NCBI RefSeq assembly: GCF_036588685.1
Contig: NC_086381.1
Coordinates: 2,232,001 to 2,296,000, forward strand
Direction: 5' to 3'
Source: Mytilus trossulus
Lineage: Eukaryota
DNA length: 64,000 nt
A program made the translations under genes and the position numbers. The stretch's first letter is position 1; each line of letters begins with the position of its first letter. Shown piece after piece: positions 48,701 through 61,356 of the stretch. The notes beneath the pieces were generated by a model. The model searched no databases. It saw only the letters and a list, made by a program, of their open reading frames with translations, and was not told the origin of the DNA.

Positions 48701-51700
48701 ACTGTTGCCTTTATTTATGCAATAGGTCTACTATATTTGGTGTATGGAATGATTGTAAGGTATTTATGTCTAGCTGGCATGTGTCATCTGACTTGACCTC
48801 AATTTTATGGTTCATTGGTCAATGTTTAGTTTTCTTTGTTGTTAATGTCAAGCTTATGTGACAATTATAATAAAGCTTTATATTTAGGACTATCAACATA
48901 ATATCAATGATTAGAAGGCGAGACATATCAGCGTGTGCACTCCTGTTCTTTAATTCTTGGGGTTCTTTAATATGCTGAAGTAAACCCTGTATTAAGGTGT
49001 TTTTTTAATTTGGTCCCAGTTTTTATACGAACCCAAAATGTTTGCGTTCGTATATTGGTATCACGTCGTCTGCTATATACAATATACAATGCAATATTCA
49101 CTTAACTACCAACTGATAAATTAATGCAATCTTCACCGTTCAGTGATTACAAGCACTATGATTACTATTCTATGGTTATGCCCCTTTACAAGTGGAAAAA
49201 TTGAAGATTTTTTTAGTTTCTGTTCTCTTAACTTAAGTTTATCCAGATATCTACATATTTAACGTTTACAGTATTACATGTACTTATCTGTAAATGTTCT
49301 TTTGTAAACACTATTGGTAATAGTCTCAACAGTGATGCGTACATCCTTTCTCTGTACTTATTTTATTTATTGTATACATGATATTGAATATATTACCTAC
49401 ATATTAGACTGCTCTTCTTAGATTTTCTTTTGTGTGTTTGATTGCAGGTTTTCGACGTTCAATTAGAGGTGAAGATTTGGACAATACGACTTTAACACAA
49501 TCAAGTGCCTTTTGTAAGAACAATAACAATAAGAAGAATGAATGGCACTTAGGACTAAGACAAAAACAACATGAACAACAACTAGGGCTGATATATAAAG
49601 TGCTCAGGAAGGGTAAACAGATCCTTCTCCACATGAAGCAACACGTCGTGTTGTTCATGCATGTCAAAATCCAGTAAAATACACATATCAGTGATAGTTA
49701 ATGTCAGCAAAAGAGTGCTGACTACTTGGGTGGTGATACTCTCAGAAAAAAAGTCCAAACAGTGGTAAAAATCCATCAACGATGCAGGGTTATAATTTGA
49801 TACGCCAGACGTGCGTTTCGCTTACAAGACCCCTTCGTGCCGTCAAATATTTGTATATCAGTATTTCAGATTAAAGTAGAAGGATGTTGTGTTGTCTTTA
49901 AATGTGTTAGTTCATTGATTTTTTTATAAATATCCATGTTCCTGTTGTTTAACGATTTCCGTCTTGTGTTTATATATGAGGCAGTATATTTATATATGAG
50001 CCAGTGTATGTTTCATGTCCACTCACAAGGAAGCTATGAAAGCAAGAGTTCCAAGTGGAGAAATTAAAATCATCCCTTCGTAAATTTCACGGACGCCATC
50101 ACGAGTTGGTTGACCTTTGTGGAATATCGTTTTCACAGTTAACAACGGATATGTTCCATTTGCCGTAACTTCAATTCCATCCCCTTTTACCTAAATGTGA
50201 TCTACCAAATTAGACTTATTATCGGATTATCTGATATGTACTAACGAAACCATGAAATTGGATTAGAATAAGTTGATTTTGTTCTCCTCTTATATTTGAT
50301 GCGTTTCCCTCAGTTTTAGTTTGTTACCCAGATTTTGGATTTCTGTCCATGGATTTATGAGTTTTGAATAGCGATATACTACTGTTGCCTTTATTTATGC
50401 AATAGGTCTACTATATTTGGTGTATGGAATGATTGTAAGGTATTTATGTCTAGCTGGCATGTGTCATCTGACTTGACCTCAATTTTATGGTTCATTGGTC
50501 AATGTTTAGTTTTCTTTGTTGTTAATGTCAAGCTTATGTGACAATTATAATAAAGCTTTATATTTAGGACTATCAACATAATATCAATGATTAGAAGGCG
50601 AGACATATCAGCGTGTGCACTCCTGTTCTTTAATTCTTGGGGTTCTTTAATATGCTGAAGTAAACCCTGTTTTTTTTAATTTGGCACCCGTTTTTATACG
50701 AACCCAAAATGTTTGCGTTCGTGTATTGGTATCACGTCGTCTGCTATAAACAATATACAATGCAATATTCACTTAACTAACAACTGATAAATTAAAGCAA
50801 TCTTCACCATTCAGTGATTACAAGCACTATGATTACTGATTACTATGGTTATGCCCCCTTTACAAGTGGAAAAATAGAAGAATTTTTTAGTTTCTGTACT
50901 CTTAACTTAAGTTTGTCTCAACTAAATTTATGTTATCATTTTTGCTTGATTGGTAAGCCAATATCTGATGGTTATTTTATTATTTTCAATTACAGCAACT
51001 GTAATCCATGAGTCTAAATGCTGACAATATATTACAGGATTTTATTATTCAAGCAACATCTTAGAAGAATAATTGCAAATGTATGAAGGAAGCTGTGGGT
51101 AAAAATAGCAATTACGCCAGATACATGCAGGAGAGAACTCTTAAACGAAGATATGATATGGGAGTGCTGTAATTAAGAAACCTAAAACACATGTAATTAA
51201 GTAGTGTATATATATTTTCATCCACAAGTACTTTCAGAAATAATACAATTCAAATTCAAATTATTGTGTCAAAATTACAATTATAGTCTAAACATGAATA
51301 ACGCATGTTTTAAACCAAATTTTATATAAATATTTGATATTACTAGAACTATTACTTATTGTGCAACCAAACTTTGCAATTTTCTAATGGTATATGTTTG
51401 TTTTTTGCCAAAATTTGTTTTGAAATAAGAAGGAAACGGTTGTTAATAACAGTAAGGCATTCAATGTGGCTTATCAAATATATTTAACAGAACCTTTCTA
51501 TTTCAATTTATTAATATAATGCGAAATAAGGTATAAATCAATCAAACAGCTACACAAAAACAAAAACACACGAAAGGCATTAAGGTGCTAACATACAGTG
51601 ATTACAGTCCTCAACAATAAAGTTGATAAACAGGTGTCTAAACAATGTCATGATCTAATTAATTAACCATAGTCTATACCAATCAAAGCGCTTCTACATA

Positions 51701-52550
51701 AAAAAATTAGATATGGTTTTTATTAAGATGAGATTTAAGACAACCACTGAAACTCTGGCTTAAAACAGGCAAACAAATATGTGGCAGGGTAAACTACTTT
51801 TTTTCTTCAAAACTTTTTAAAGAAGAATTGGCATCTTTTGCAAGTAAGACAATTTCCATAATGGGATTGGATTGTCTCATGACTGATACCCACAAAATGA
51901 CTTATATATACAAATTCAAAATTAAATCTTCATCAGTGCATACATATTCTTTAATTGAATCACCAATCCTTACATCACTTTCTAAAAACAATATTGCAAC
52001 TTTATCATAACCAACACAATTCTAGGAGTAAACTTAAGGTGATCTGTATATTTGCTTGCGTTCTTTGTTTTATTACATCTTATCTCTTGCATTGGAGATA
52101 TTATGGGTTGGGATTTATATTGTTAAAGATAAAGAAAGTAAAATACAATTGAAGTATGAACACATAGTCAAGACCAAGAAGAATATTTATATATATCAAA
52201 ATAGAATGTGTACTAGATTAGCATTAACTTAATATCTAAAATAAATTATGTTTAAATATTATGAATGAGAGATGCTCAATTCACTTTCATTTCATTTAAG
52301 AAAAAATAATACGAATGCTCAATTCACGTTAGCTTCACATGAAAAATTTAACATGAATTTCATGTTAGAGCCCATTTCAAATTAATTGAACGTGAATTAC
52401 TGTTTACAATTTTTTGAATTTTTTGAAATACTAAGGCTTTTCTAACTCAGGCATAGATTACCTTAGCTGTATTTGGCAACACTTTTAGAATTTTGGTCTA
52501 ATGCTCTTCAACTTCGTACTTTTTTTGGCCTTTTTAACTTTTTTGGGTTC

Positions 52551-52595
52551 GAGCGTCACTGATGAGTCTTTTGTAGACGAAACGCGTCTGGCGTA
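52551..52595 (+). ncRNA. Type I hammerhead ribozyme in a family B subfamily copy (52410-52635)
   Basis: GAGCGTCA-CTGATGA-GTCT-TTTGT-AGAC-GAAA-CGCG-TC-TGGCGTA; stem III is 2 nt shorter than in the other copies. Confidence 0.85.
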
Positions 52596-52805
52596 TATAC
52601 TAAATTTAGTCCTGGTATCTATGATGAGTTTATTTATGTATTATAATTATAATGGGATTTGATTGTCTCATGACTGATACCCACAAAATGACTTACATAT
52701 TCAAATTAAAAATCTATAATTGTTTGAGGTGAATCTCACATGAAATTTACCTGAACAAAATTTGCCTGTGTATATATATGGAAAACCCATGTATCACACA
52801 TTTAA

Positions 52806-53078
52806 GGTGGTACCTAACACTACAGGGAGATAACTCTTTAAAATCAACTGAACGTTTTAATTATATTGTCTTGTTAAGGGAATATCAAGCTTCTCAATGA
52901 TCAAAATTAGTGTTTGTCAAAATGCTATATAACCAGTGTAATTTTTCTGATAAAGCGGCTGGTTCCAATGTTTAATTTTTTTTACACTTTTATCAAATGA
53001 TCAAAGTAAATACTTTGTCAAAATTTTATGAAAATTAAACGAGCCAATTTAATTTTAGTGAATGTGTTGGGTACCACC
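52806..53078. mobile_element. Kolobok-like MITE
   Basis: TIR GGTGGTACC(T/C)AACAC with TTAA on both sides. Confidence 0.85.
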
Positions 53079-53750
53079 TTAATTCATATTAGAACTAAGA
53101 TACATGCCAATAATCGTGGTAATTGGACAAATAGGAGGACATTTTAAAAATATTTAATATAGGCACTATGCCTTTTACATGCAGTAATCACGCATGTATC
53201 ACATGTGTATTTCCTTACGCATGTAATTCACATGTGAAACACATGAGAATATGTTTAAATCATGTGTATCAAATGCGTTTTTCACACATGTGTCACATGT
53301 GTGGCATGACACGTCTTTTTCACATGCGTGTGACACACATGTGAAACGCATTTGTCACGCATGTTCACATGTGTGGCATTTTTAACAGTGTAAACGTGAT
53401 GCGCGTTATGGAGATTGACCCATCGATTTTAATTATCGTTTATGCTTGTGTTTTTGATTTTGTATTGTATTGTTGCATATGTCAGAAGAATTTTGGTGTT
53501 TATAAGTGTTCAAAACTCTTATCTGTCTATTTCTATATATACGCTCTGTATATCAATCAGGTACATTTTCAGAACACGCAATTTCTAACAACACAGGAAA
53601 ATTAGAAATATTAGTGGAACGTTTTGTACATTTTAACAAATAAACAATACTCATTTCCTATTTCCTTGTCTTGCTTCCTGTGTCAATTATTATATTGTAA
53701 AACGTGAGACCAAATTTAAATCGATGTAACAAGGAAGTATATCTTTGTCC

Positions 53751-53811
53751 ATGGAATTTCATAAATACCAATCTCAATTTTTACACCTTATTGTAATCAC
53801 TTTTCTCAATG
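53751..53811 (+). CDS. Probable first coding exon (signal peptide) of an Ig-like domain protein
   Basis: CCATGG start, MEFHKYQSQFLHLIVITFLN, then a consensus donor G|GTAAGT in phase 1 that is compatible with the 61357 exon. Confidence 0.55.
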
Positions 53812-54397
53812 GTAAGTTAATATTTTATCTGAAATCTTCTAGAATCAACTGAAACATACAAACAATTCTACGTTGTGCACAAGAATCAGATTCTAGCCAG
53901 CGTCGTATTGTTTATTGAAACTACTGTTTATTGCTTTGATATAGCTGAATTGTTCAATAATTATAGATAATCGTTGATCATCTCAACGAGATTGATTTTC
54001 TGGTTTGAGCCGGTACCGTGAAAGCGAGAAAAGCAATGGAGTTGCGATGACCAATGGTATTCTGTTTATCGCTATTTTACCTATGACGACAATTTCATAA
54101 GCAACGCCACGTGCCTCCATAGTTTCTATTGTTGTTTCAGCGAATATAGCTAGGGAGAAGGTCAAATATGATTATATTTTTTTATTCTTTAAGTAAATTG
54201 ATGGCGTAAAGCGCCCGAAATGAAGTATTAGATGTATTATATTTTATTGCATAGCAATATAATATTTCACATAGAAAGTAACATAAATTCCAATATTGCA
54301 CTAGTTCAATAATTCTTCAAAATTCTTCACGTACTCTTAAAAAAAATCTTAGTTTTAACCATTTTGTACTTTCAAATATCATTTTGCTATACAATAA

Positions 54398-54518
54398 AAG
54401 GGTTATTGTATGAATATTGGAGAATATTGTCCCTCGTTGAACATACATTCCACTCGCAAGCTTGTGCAATATAAAATTCTACTTGGGACATATTCCCCAA
54501 TATTCATGCAATAACCTT
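54398..54518. repeat. Imperfect ~120-bp palindrome (Crypton-like MITE end)
   Basis: AAGGGTTATTGTATGAATATTGG...CCAATATTCATGCAATAACCTT, with a related TTATTGCATAGCAATATAATATT block at ~54245. Confidence 0.65.
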
Positions 54519-55742
54519 ATACTATAAGTGAAGAGATATGATAATGACTTGAGAGCTATAATTTTAATACAAAAAAAACCAGCTCTATAATGTGCATCCC
54601 TAAAATGAAAATACTTAAATCAAGACAAGTATCAATACTGGGCATGCCATTTGGTCACATTACAATTCCAGTACCATGTTTAAATGATGCTCAGTAAACT
54701 AGAGATATCAAAAAGGAGGATTCCTTTAAAAACTGAACATCTTGCCTTTGGACACCAATAATAATTGTTTGTTCTAACTATTCTCACTTGTATCCATAGT
54801 ACTGTGACAACCAGTCTGAATTAAAACATTTAAAAGACGAACATACCTTATGGCTTTTTGTGGTCTTTTTGTTTAAGATTGATATAATTTCCCTTGCACA
54901 CAGCATGTCGTAGAGTGTTCAAGTTGTGCAGATGTATGAAAATCGTAATTAAAGTTCGGAACAAATTTTAAGTTTTTTTTTACATTTTGGACAATTTTTC
55001 TGAACCCCGTATGATAAACAATAAAAAATTCAACGGAGTCATGGTCTATTTCTGTGGTTGAAATTAAACGCGTTACGTTTTAACTGGAATGCCAGATATA
55101 TATAGACATTTACAGTGATTTTTATACATTCAAGGAATAAGAAATGGAAAGGGATGCAAAAAATAAAGATTTTAGTATTTAGAAAAACTTATGCAGCTCG
55201 ATATTGGTTAATCTTAAAAGCAAAATAGAAAACTTTTTAAAAGTGTTGATGCTTCAAAATGAAACAATTATAATAGTGTCAAAATTGTATTCAGATAAAT
55301 CAATAAGTAAAGGAGAAATTGAGTATTTTGTCTCCTTTTTCACAAAACGCCACGAATGGGACATATTTATCAATACATGAACTAAAGCTTGTGCATGATG
55401 GATTGTGCATATGCAAGATTTTCTACAAAAACTTATTTCGCTCTGCATGTGGCAACAAGATCCAATAAAAAGAATTACTGGAAAATGAACTTTAAAAAAT
55501 AATTTGTACTTAAGAGCTATCTCGCATTCTGCAACAGTTTTAAAAGATGATATGGGTGGTGGTATGTGAATTTTAACAGACGTACTCGAAGAAATGATGT
55601 CTGAGATGGAGGTAGTTTCAATAATTAAAAAAAAATCAATCATGGCATTGCAATCACCATATACGGTTTTGATTTTCAAATTGCACCTGCGTCGTTTAGA
55701 TCATGAAAGTAGTTTATTTACACAATGTGTCAATATCTTATC

Positions 55743-55866
55743 CAGAGGCGGATTTAGGGGGAAAAATGGTTGCTTATATAGGGAATCTCTGAAGCGTGGC
55801 TGGAGCGCGCACCCTCTTAAGCAGTCAGTGGGCCCTCACTTATGAAAATATCTAGATCCGCCAGTG
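55743..55866. mobile_element. hAT-like MITE with 5-bp TSD
   Basis: Termini CAGAGGCGGATTTA / TAGATCCGCCAGTG with TTATC on both flanks. Confidence 0.7.
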
Positions 55867-57234
55867 TTATCCTATGGGCAAACAACTTTATCTATTTTAT
55901 TGTGACCAACAGGTCTGAACAGCTAGATTTGATACCAGTTTGGTTTTTGTTTCAATACTTAATAAAGTGTCATTTTTTGTCAATACGTAATACAATAGCA
56001 CTACTTAGATCGTGAACATAAATATATGTTTTTGGCGACTTTGGTTTAGAAAAGTAACCATTCTGAAAAGTAAAAAAACAAACCACGTTGTTTGACTTAC
56101 TAAAAAAATACTATAATCAAAGTAATACAACATATGTGTCTGATGACTTGGTTTCAAAAGCCTTCATGCATTTGTTAACAGATCTTTCTGTCTCTTGGTA
56201 TGTACTAGATAACAACGAAGAGTCAATGAACTTCTCGGGATAAAGTTCTTTGTGTCTCTGAGTTAATAAAAATAGGAATAAAAACTGAAGATGGAGATGG
56301 ATAGTACGCATTTGAAGTTTCGAGAAAAAAGATATCGAGTTGAATTATTGGTGGGATCGTTGACACAACTTTTGTCAACCCTAGTATTTAAATATGTCAA
56401 ATCCACTTCCAGCTGTGTTTATTAATAACCTCAGTAATCATACCCATTATAATGAAAATTTGTCACCTTTGTAGTTAGTAATCAGGTTACATTTTTTTTG
56501 TAATGTATACAATTATGTTGGTGTCAAATTACAGCTTTTTCATTCAGCATGCATACAGACTTAACCAAAAGTTTAATTGTTTGCATTATGTTAGACTGGT
56601 ATTAATAAAACATGTATATTATGACTGATGTATTTTAAAAATATATATGACATTCAGTTAGATTATCTAGTAAGTTTTCATGTTTTTTTGGGTTTTTTTG
56701 TTTGGTGTACCCTTTATTACTAGATATATTGATATATACTTATATAGGAACTCAAAAGTCTGACTTGAATTCCAATTTCAAACAAGTTAGCAAGTTGTTT
56801 AGCTATGAGATGAATACATTACTTTGTCGATCTATGTTGTAAAATTAAAGTAGGGGTTTTACCAAAACACACTCTTTTTCGAACATAAAGAAAAAAGGGG
56901 TCAATTTATATTTTATGTTTTGACAACTTTAAGAATGAGAATGCAAATCGGGATATGTCAACGAGACAACACCCCGACAAAAGAGCAGTATACATTTATT
57001 TTTATTCAAAGAACAAGCTCTGATACAAACGAGCTTTAAGACGTGGCACGTTACTTTTTCATCTAAAATCAATTTGTTGGGTTTTGATGTTGTGTTTGAG
57101 TTGTCATCAGATTTTGTCAATGTCTTAGTTCAGTATTTTTGTGATTTTTGATTTTACTTTTTAATGTGTGTAGTTGTAAATCGTTTTTTTCTTCTGTTGT
57201 ATTTAGTTATCAAAGGTACCAGGATTATAATTTA

Positions 57235-57283
57235 GTACGCCAGACGCGCGTTTCGTCTATATAAGACTCATCAGTGACGTTCA
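57235..57283 (-). ncRNA. Type I hammerhead ribozyme in a family B copy (57204-57455)
   Basis: Minus strand ACGTCA-CTGATGA-GTCT-TATAT-AGAC-GAAA-CGCGCG-TC-TGGCGT. Confidence 0.9.
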
Positions 57284-57455
57284 GATCAAAATAGTTATAA
57301 AGCCAAACAAGTACAAAGTTGAAGAGCATTTAGGACCCCAAATTCCAATAAGTTGTGTCAAATAGCTTTAGATAATCTATTCCTGGGATAAGAAAATGTT
57401 TTCGAAAAATTCAAAGTTTTGTAAGGAAATTTATGAAACTGACCATATAATTGAT

Positions 57456-58280
57456 ATTTCTCCCATTTATCTGTTTATTTATTGTAATCCTGTCGTGAAA
57501 TGTTGTCATTTCAATGTTATAATTAACACTGCTAATACAGCGGGAGGTTTGGCATGCCATAACACCAGGTTCAATCAACCATTTTTCATAAAATGCCTTG
57601 TACAGCCCTTGGATGGTGTAAACTTCCTAAAAAACGTGTATGGTGTAATGGCGTACGGCATATGGTGCAATGGCGTAAGTTGTATGGTGGTATGGTGTAT
57701 GGTGTAAGGGGAATGGTGTAATGGTGTATGAGGAATGGTGCGATTGTGTAACTTTCGATCGGGAATGGAGTGAATGATGGTGTACGACATTTCATTGGTT
57801 GAAAACGAAGTTCTTTTTATTTTATTTTTTCGAATTGTAAACATAAACAATAATAATAATCTTAATATTTGAAATTTAATTACATTATGGGTAATTTATT
57901 ACATTATAGGTAGTTTAATTACATTACGCGTCTGGCATATTAAGTTATAATCCTGGTACCTTTGATAACTATTGGATCGTGTAGATAGAATCGGTAATGG
58001 TGTATGGTGTAATGTGTAAGGTGTATGGTGCAAAGGTGTAACGTGTATGGTGCATGGTGTTAGTGGGAAGTTTACACCATCCATGGACCGTACCCAGTCA
58101 GGAATATTGCAATTGTTGCATTGTAATTCGTTTGTGTGTGTGTTACATTCGGTGTTATGTCTCTGTTGTGTCGTAGTTCTCTTATAATTGATACGTTTCC
58201 CTCAATTTAAGTTTGCAACACGATTTGTTTTTCTCTGTCGATTTACGAATTTTGAACAGCGGTATACTACTGTTGCCGTT
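57456..58280 (+). repeat. Family D copy split by a Tc1/mariner-type MITE
   Basis: Homologous to 26520-26866 on both sides of 57603-58090. Confidence 0.8.
57603..58090. mobile_element. Tc1/mariner-type MITE with (ATGGTGTA)-like subterminal repeats
   Basis: TIR C(A/G)G(C/T)CC(T/A)TGGATGGTGTAAACTTCC with a TA TSD. Removing it restores the family D sequence TGTA|CC.AGTCAGGAA. Contains a family B tail at 57926-57971. Confidence 0.85.
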
Positions 58281-59267
58281 ATAGATAAGAAAATTGTCAC
58301 TGGAGAGGAAATTAACAAATAAGAACTGATAATAATTGAAAAGGCTTATGTTGCTAACCAATATAATTTATATGGTGTTTTCCTTGTATAAAGCATATAT
58401 TACTACCGGACCAATTTGAGCTTGAATTAAGTGATATAGTGTTTTGACAAAAGCTTTATGTGTTTTTCTATGCTACAAATAGATCACAAAAAGAAATTAA
58501 GTTAAGCAGAAATTTAAGTAAGAAGTTTGGTGCTGTTAAGGGTATGGAACCACCAATTCGGGCACGGTCAGTAAGAACTTACAAGAAAGTAGTACAGACT
58601 TAGTTTCAACAATAAAGGTCATACGATCTATAGCAGTAACTTTATCAATTAGTAAAGGTAATATAATACCACAAATATACTGAGCTTTTGATTTTGCCAT
58701 TTGATTAGGGACTTTCCTTTTTGAATTTTCCACGAAGTATTATATGTTTTATTATATTTGTTTCTATCTTGTGTTCAGCATATCATGTCAGTTAATTTGA
58801 CTATTAGGTCAAAATAAATGAAAAAAACATAACTAAAATACCATGCAGAGAACAACTTTGGTGGGATTATTGTACACTTTGGTTCAGAAATAGTACATAA
58901 ACTGTTAAATCAAATAAAAAAAAAAAATCACAAAAATGAAATATCATTCTGTAAAATAGTTCATTAGCTGATCAATTAAATTTCAAAATTTATAACAAAA
59001 TTAAACATGTCCTTATGTTGAAAATTTACTGTATACACTAGCACTTTTTCAGAGAAAACTAGTCCATACGATATGGTAGATGCATAGGTGTTCCAGACCA
59101 TATGAGTATTTGGACCGTACGCGGTATTCTCGAACAATTGATTTAAATATTTGTTTAATTGTATATCTGAATCCTATTTTTGGTACTCCGTCCAATGGTG
59201 ACACTTGCTTCAAAAAGTAACTTTTTAGAAGCATTTTGTTAATGATTTCAATATTATTATGCTAATA

Positions 59268-59640
59268 TAAAAAGAAGATGTGGTATGATTGCCAATGAAA
59301 CAACTATCCACAAAAGACCAAAATGACACAACCATTAACAACTATAGGTGACCGTACGGCCTTCAACAATGAGCAAAGCCCATACTGCATAGTCAGCTAT
59401 AAAAGACCCCGATAAGACAATGTAAAACAATTCAAACGAGAAAACGAACGGCCTTATTTATGTAAAACAAATGAACGAAAAACAAATATGTAACACATAA
59501 ACAAACGACAACCACTGAATTACAGGCTCCTGACTTGGGACAGACACATGCATAAATAATGTGGCGGGGTTAAACATGTTAGCTGGATCCCAACACTCCC
59601 CCTAACCTGGACAGTGATATAACAGTATAACATAAGAACG
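59268..59640 (-). repeat. Dispersed repeat family A, longest copy
   Basis: AAGAAGATGTGGTATGATTGCCAATGA...CCGTACGGCCTTCAACAATGAGCAAAGCCCAT...CCTGACTTGGGACAG. Confidence 0.85.
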
Positions 59641-59899
59641 AAATCTATCATCGGATAAAGTATTGTTTATGCGATAACATTATACTCAACTATCTGACAT
59701 GTCTGTGTAAGGACTCAATTTTGATGTGTATAAAATGTTACATGATACATTGGCTTTATAACACGTGAATTCATTGTAACAAAATCGCTGACCTTATTAT
59801 TAATAGTTGTACATATATAATGTGTGAAATTTAAAACCATACAGATATACTGAACGACTAATTAAGAAACGCAACACTAGATTATTTTTTGTTATTTTT

Positions 59900-60360
59900 G
59901 AATGAATGTGTCACCGTCAAAAGCAAAAACTGTCTGTTACAAACGCCAAACTGATTGTCAGAAAGGTCAACAAATTCTGTCTTACATGTTTTAGGTTTTG
60001 TTTTACACCTTCTGATTTTGCATTTGTTCAACTCATTAATTGGTTTTGGCAATTATGCGGTTCGAACTTGAAGGCTTTAAAGGTTTTCTTTCAGTCGATT
60101 GTTTGGCAATTCAGTTGATGGGAAACATTTATGGCATGAATCTGTACGCAATGGACCACGGCAATTTGATTAGCAGTTGACGTTGCTGCCGTAAACATGT
60201 CGCAATCTGTTGACGTTTCATTGTCACTACACGTTGATCTGTTCATTGATGTTCAGCAACACATCTTGTGTAATTGTATCGTTGTGGGAAAGACAGTAAG
60301 ACGAGTTTCTGAAGTCATACAGTATGGCTGCAGCAAGTTTATGTTTTCATGTTTGCAGTT
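59900..60360 (-). pseudogene. Possible decayed B-box/coiled-coil (TRIM-like) fragment
   Basis: Minus-strand pieces CKHEN, YCLSHNDT, RCVAEH and TCSD are followed by a helical stretch (VKQNLKHVRQNLLTFL). Heavily frameshifted. Confidence 0.35.
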
Positions 60361-61356
60361 TTCGTAAGGGGTTATTCAGTTTTTTATTTCTCATTCTTTG
60401 TAATATGGAAATGCAATATTTTTAACTAGTTTAAGTGAGGCAAAGGATTAAAAGAACTGTTTTACAAAGCAAAACAAACTGAAACAATCTTTCATGGGTC
60501 CTAAATTTGGCTTTAAGAAATTCGTGCGACTTCAAAAATTCGGTATGTTCAATAACCAAAGGTAAGTTAGATTTTTATTTTTTTAAGAGAAAAAAGTATG
60601 ATAAGCATGAAAAGTAGTTGTAAGAGAATCAAACAAGATTGGTAAAAAAATCAACAATATGAGTGTTGCGTTTTTAAAGTCGTATGGAACACGTTTGGAA
60701 ATAAAAATACTGTAAGAAAGGACAATCTCGGTCAAAATATCTACCACTTAAAATTATTTAATGTTAAAAAGTGTATGCGCATGTTTCTGCTATCCTGTGG
60801 ATTTCTATGAAACATGTCATTTGTTTAATTGACCAAATCACTACATGTACCTACTCAAATTCTACTTCTGTCTTAATTGGGTTTTTTTAATCTGAAAATG
60901 CTATGTATTGCTGCTGGGCCGAATGTACCATACACAGATATATATATTAAAAAGATAAAAGCTTCCAAGTTCAAACGATTGTTTTTACGTTGCCTGTCTT
61001 TTAGCAGACTTACCCTTTCATCTAGCAGTTGCTAAATCTGCCTGGACTCAAAAACAAATCATTGTTTTTTTTCAAAAGTTATTCATAGGTTTTCGTCATC
61101 AAAACGGTTGAAAGATCATTTATAGGATGTAAAACACTGATATGTTGCTGTTAGATTTGTGTTCATTAAAAGTAATCGTTGGTATATAACCAACGGCTTT
61201 ACTGCTGGTGATCAAAGACAAAACGAATACAAAAGTCTGGTTTTCGGATTCAAAATTTAAAAGTTAACTAAAATAATAATTTAACAATGTATTCAGATAG
61301 GCATTTATAAAATTCATCATCATGATAGACAATCCTCTTTTTTTACTTTTATTTAG

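Larger units (their letters stand above)
47196..50914. repeat. Tandem segmental duplication, ~1.67-kb unit (47196-49240 and 49241-50914)
   Basis: Near-identical sequence with duplicated spurious ORFs (47387/49432). Copy 1 has two extra insertions. Confidence 0.95.

Noticed and set aside
59340-59412. Family A stem as a SECIS element or HDV-like ribozyme
   Set aside because: There is no correctly spaced apical AA for a SECIS, and the segment between the putative P2 and P1 strands is far too long for HDV P3/L3.
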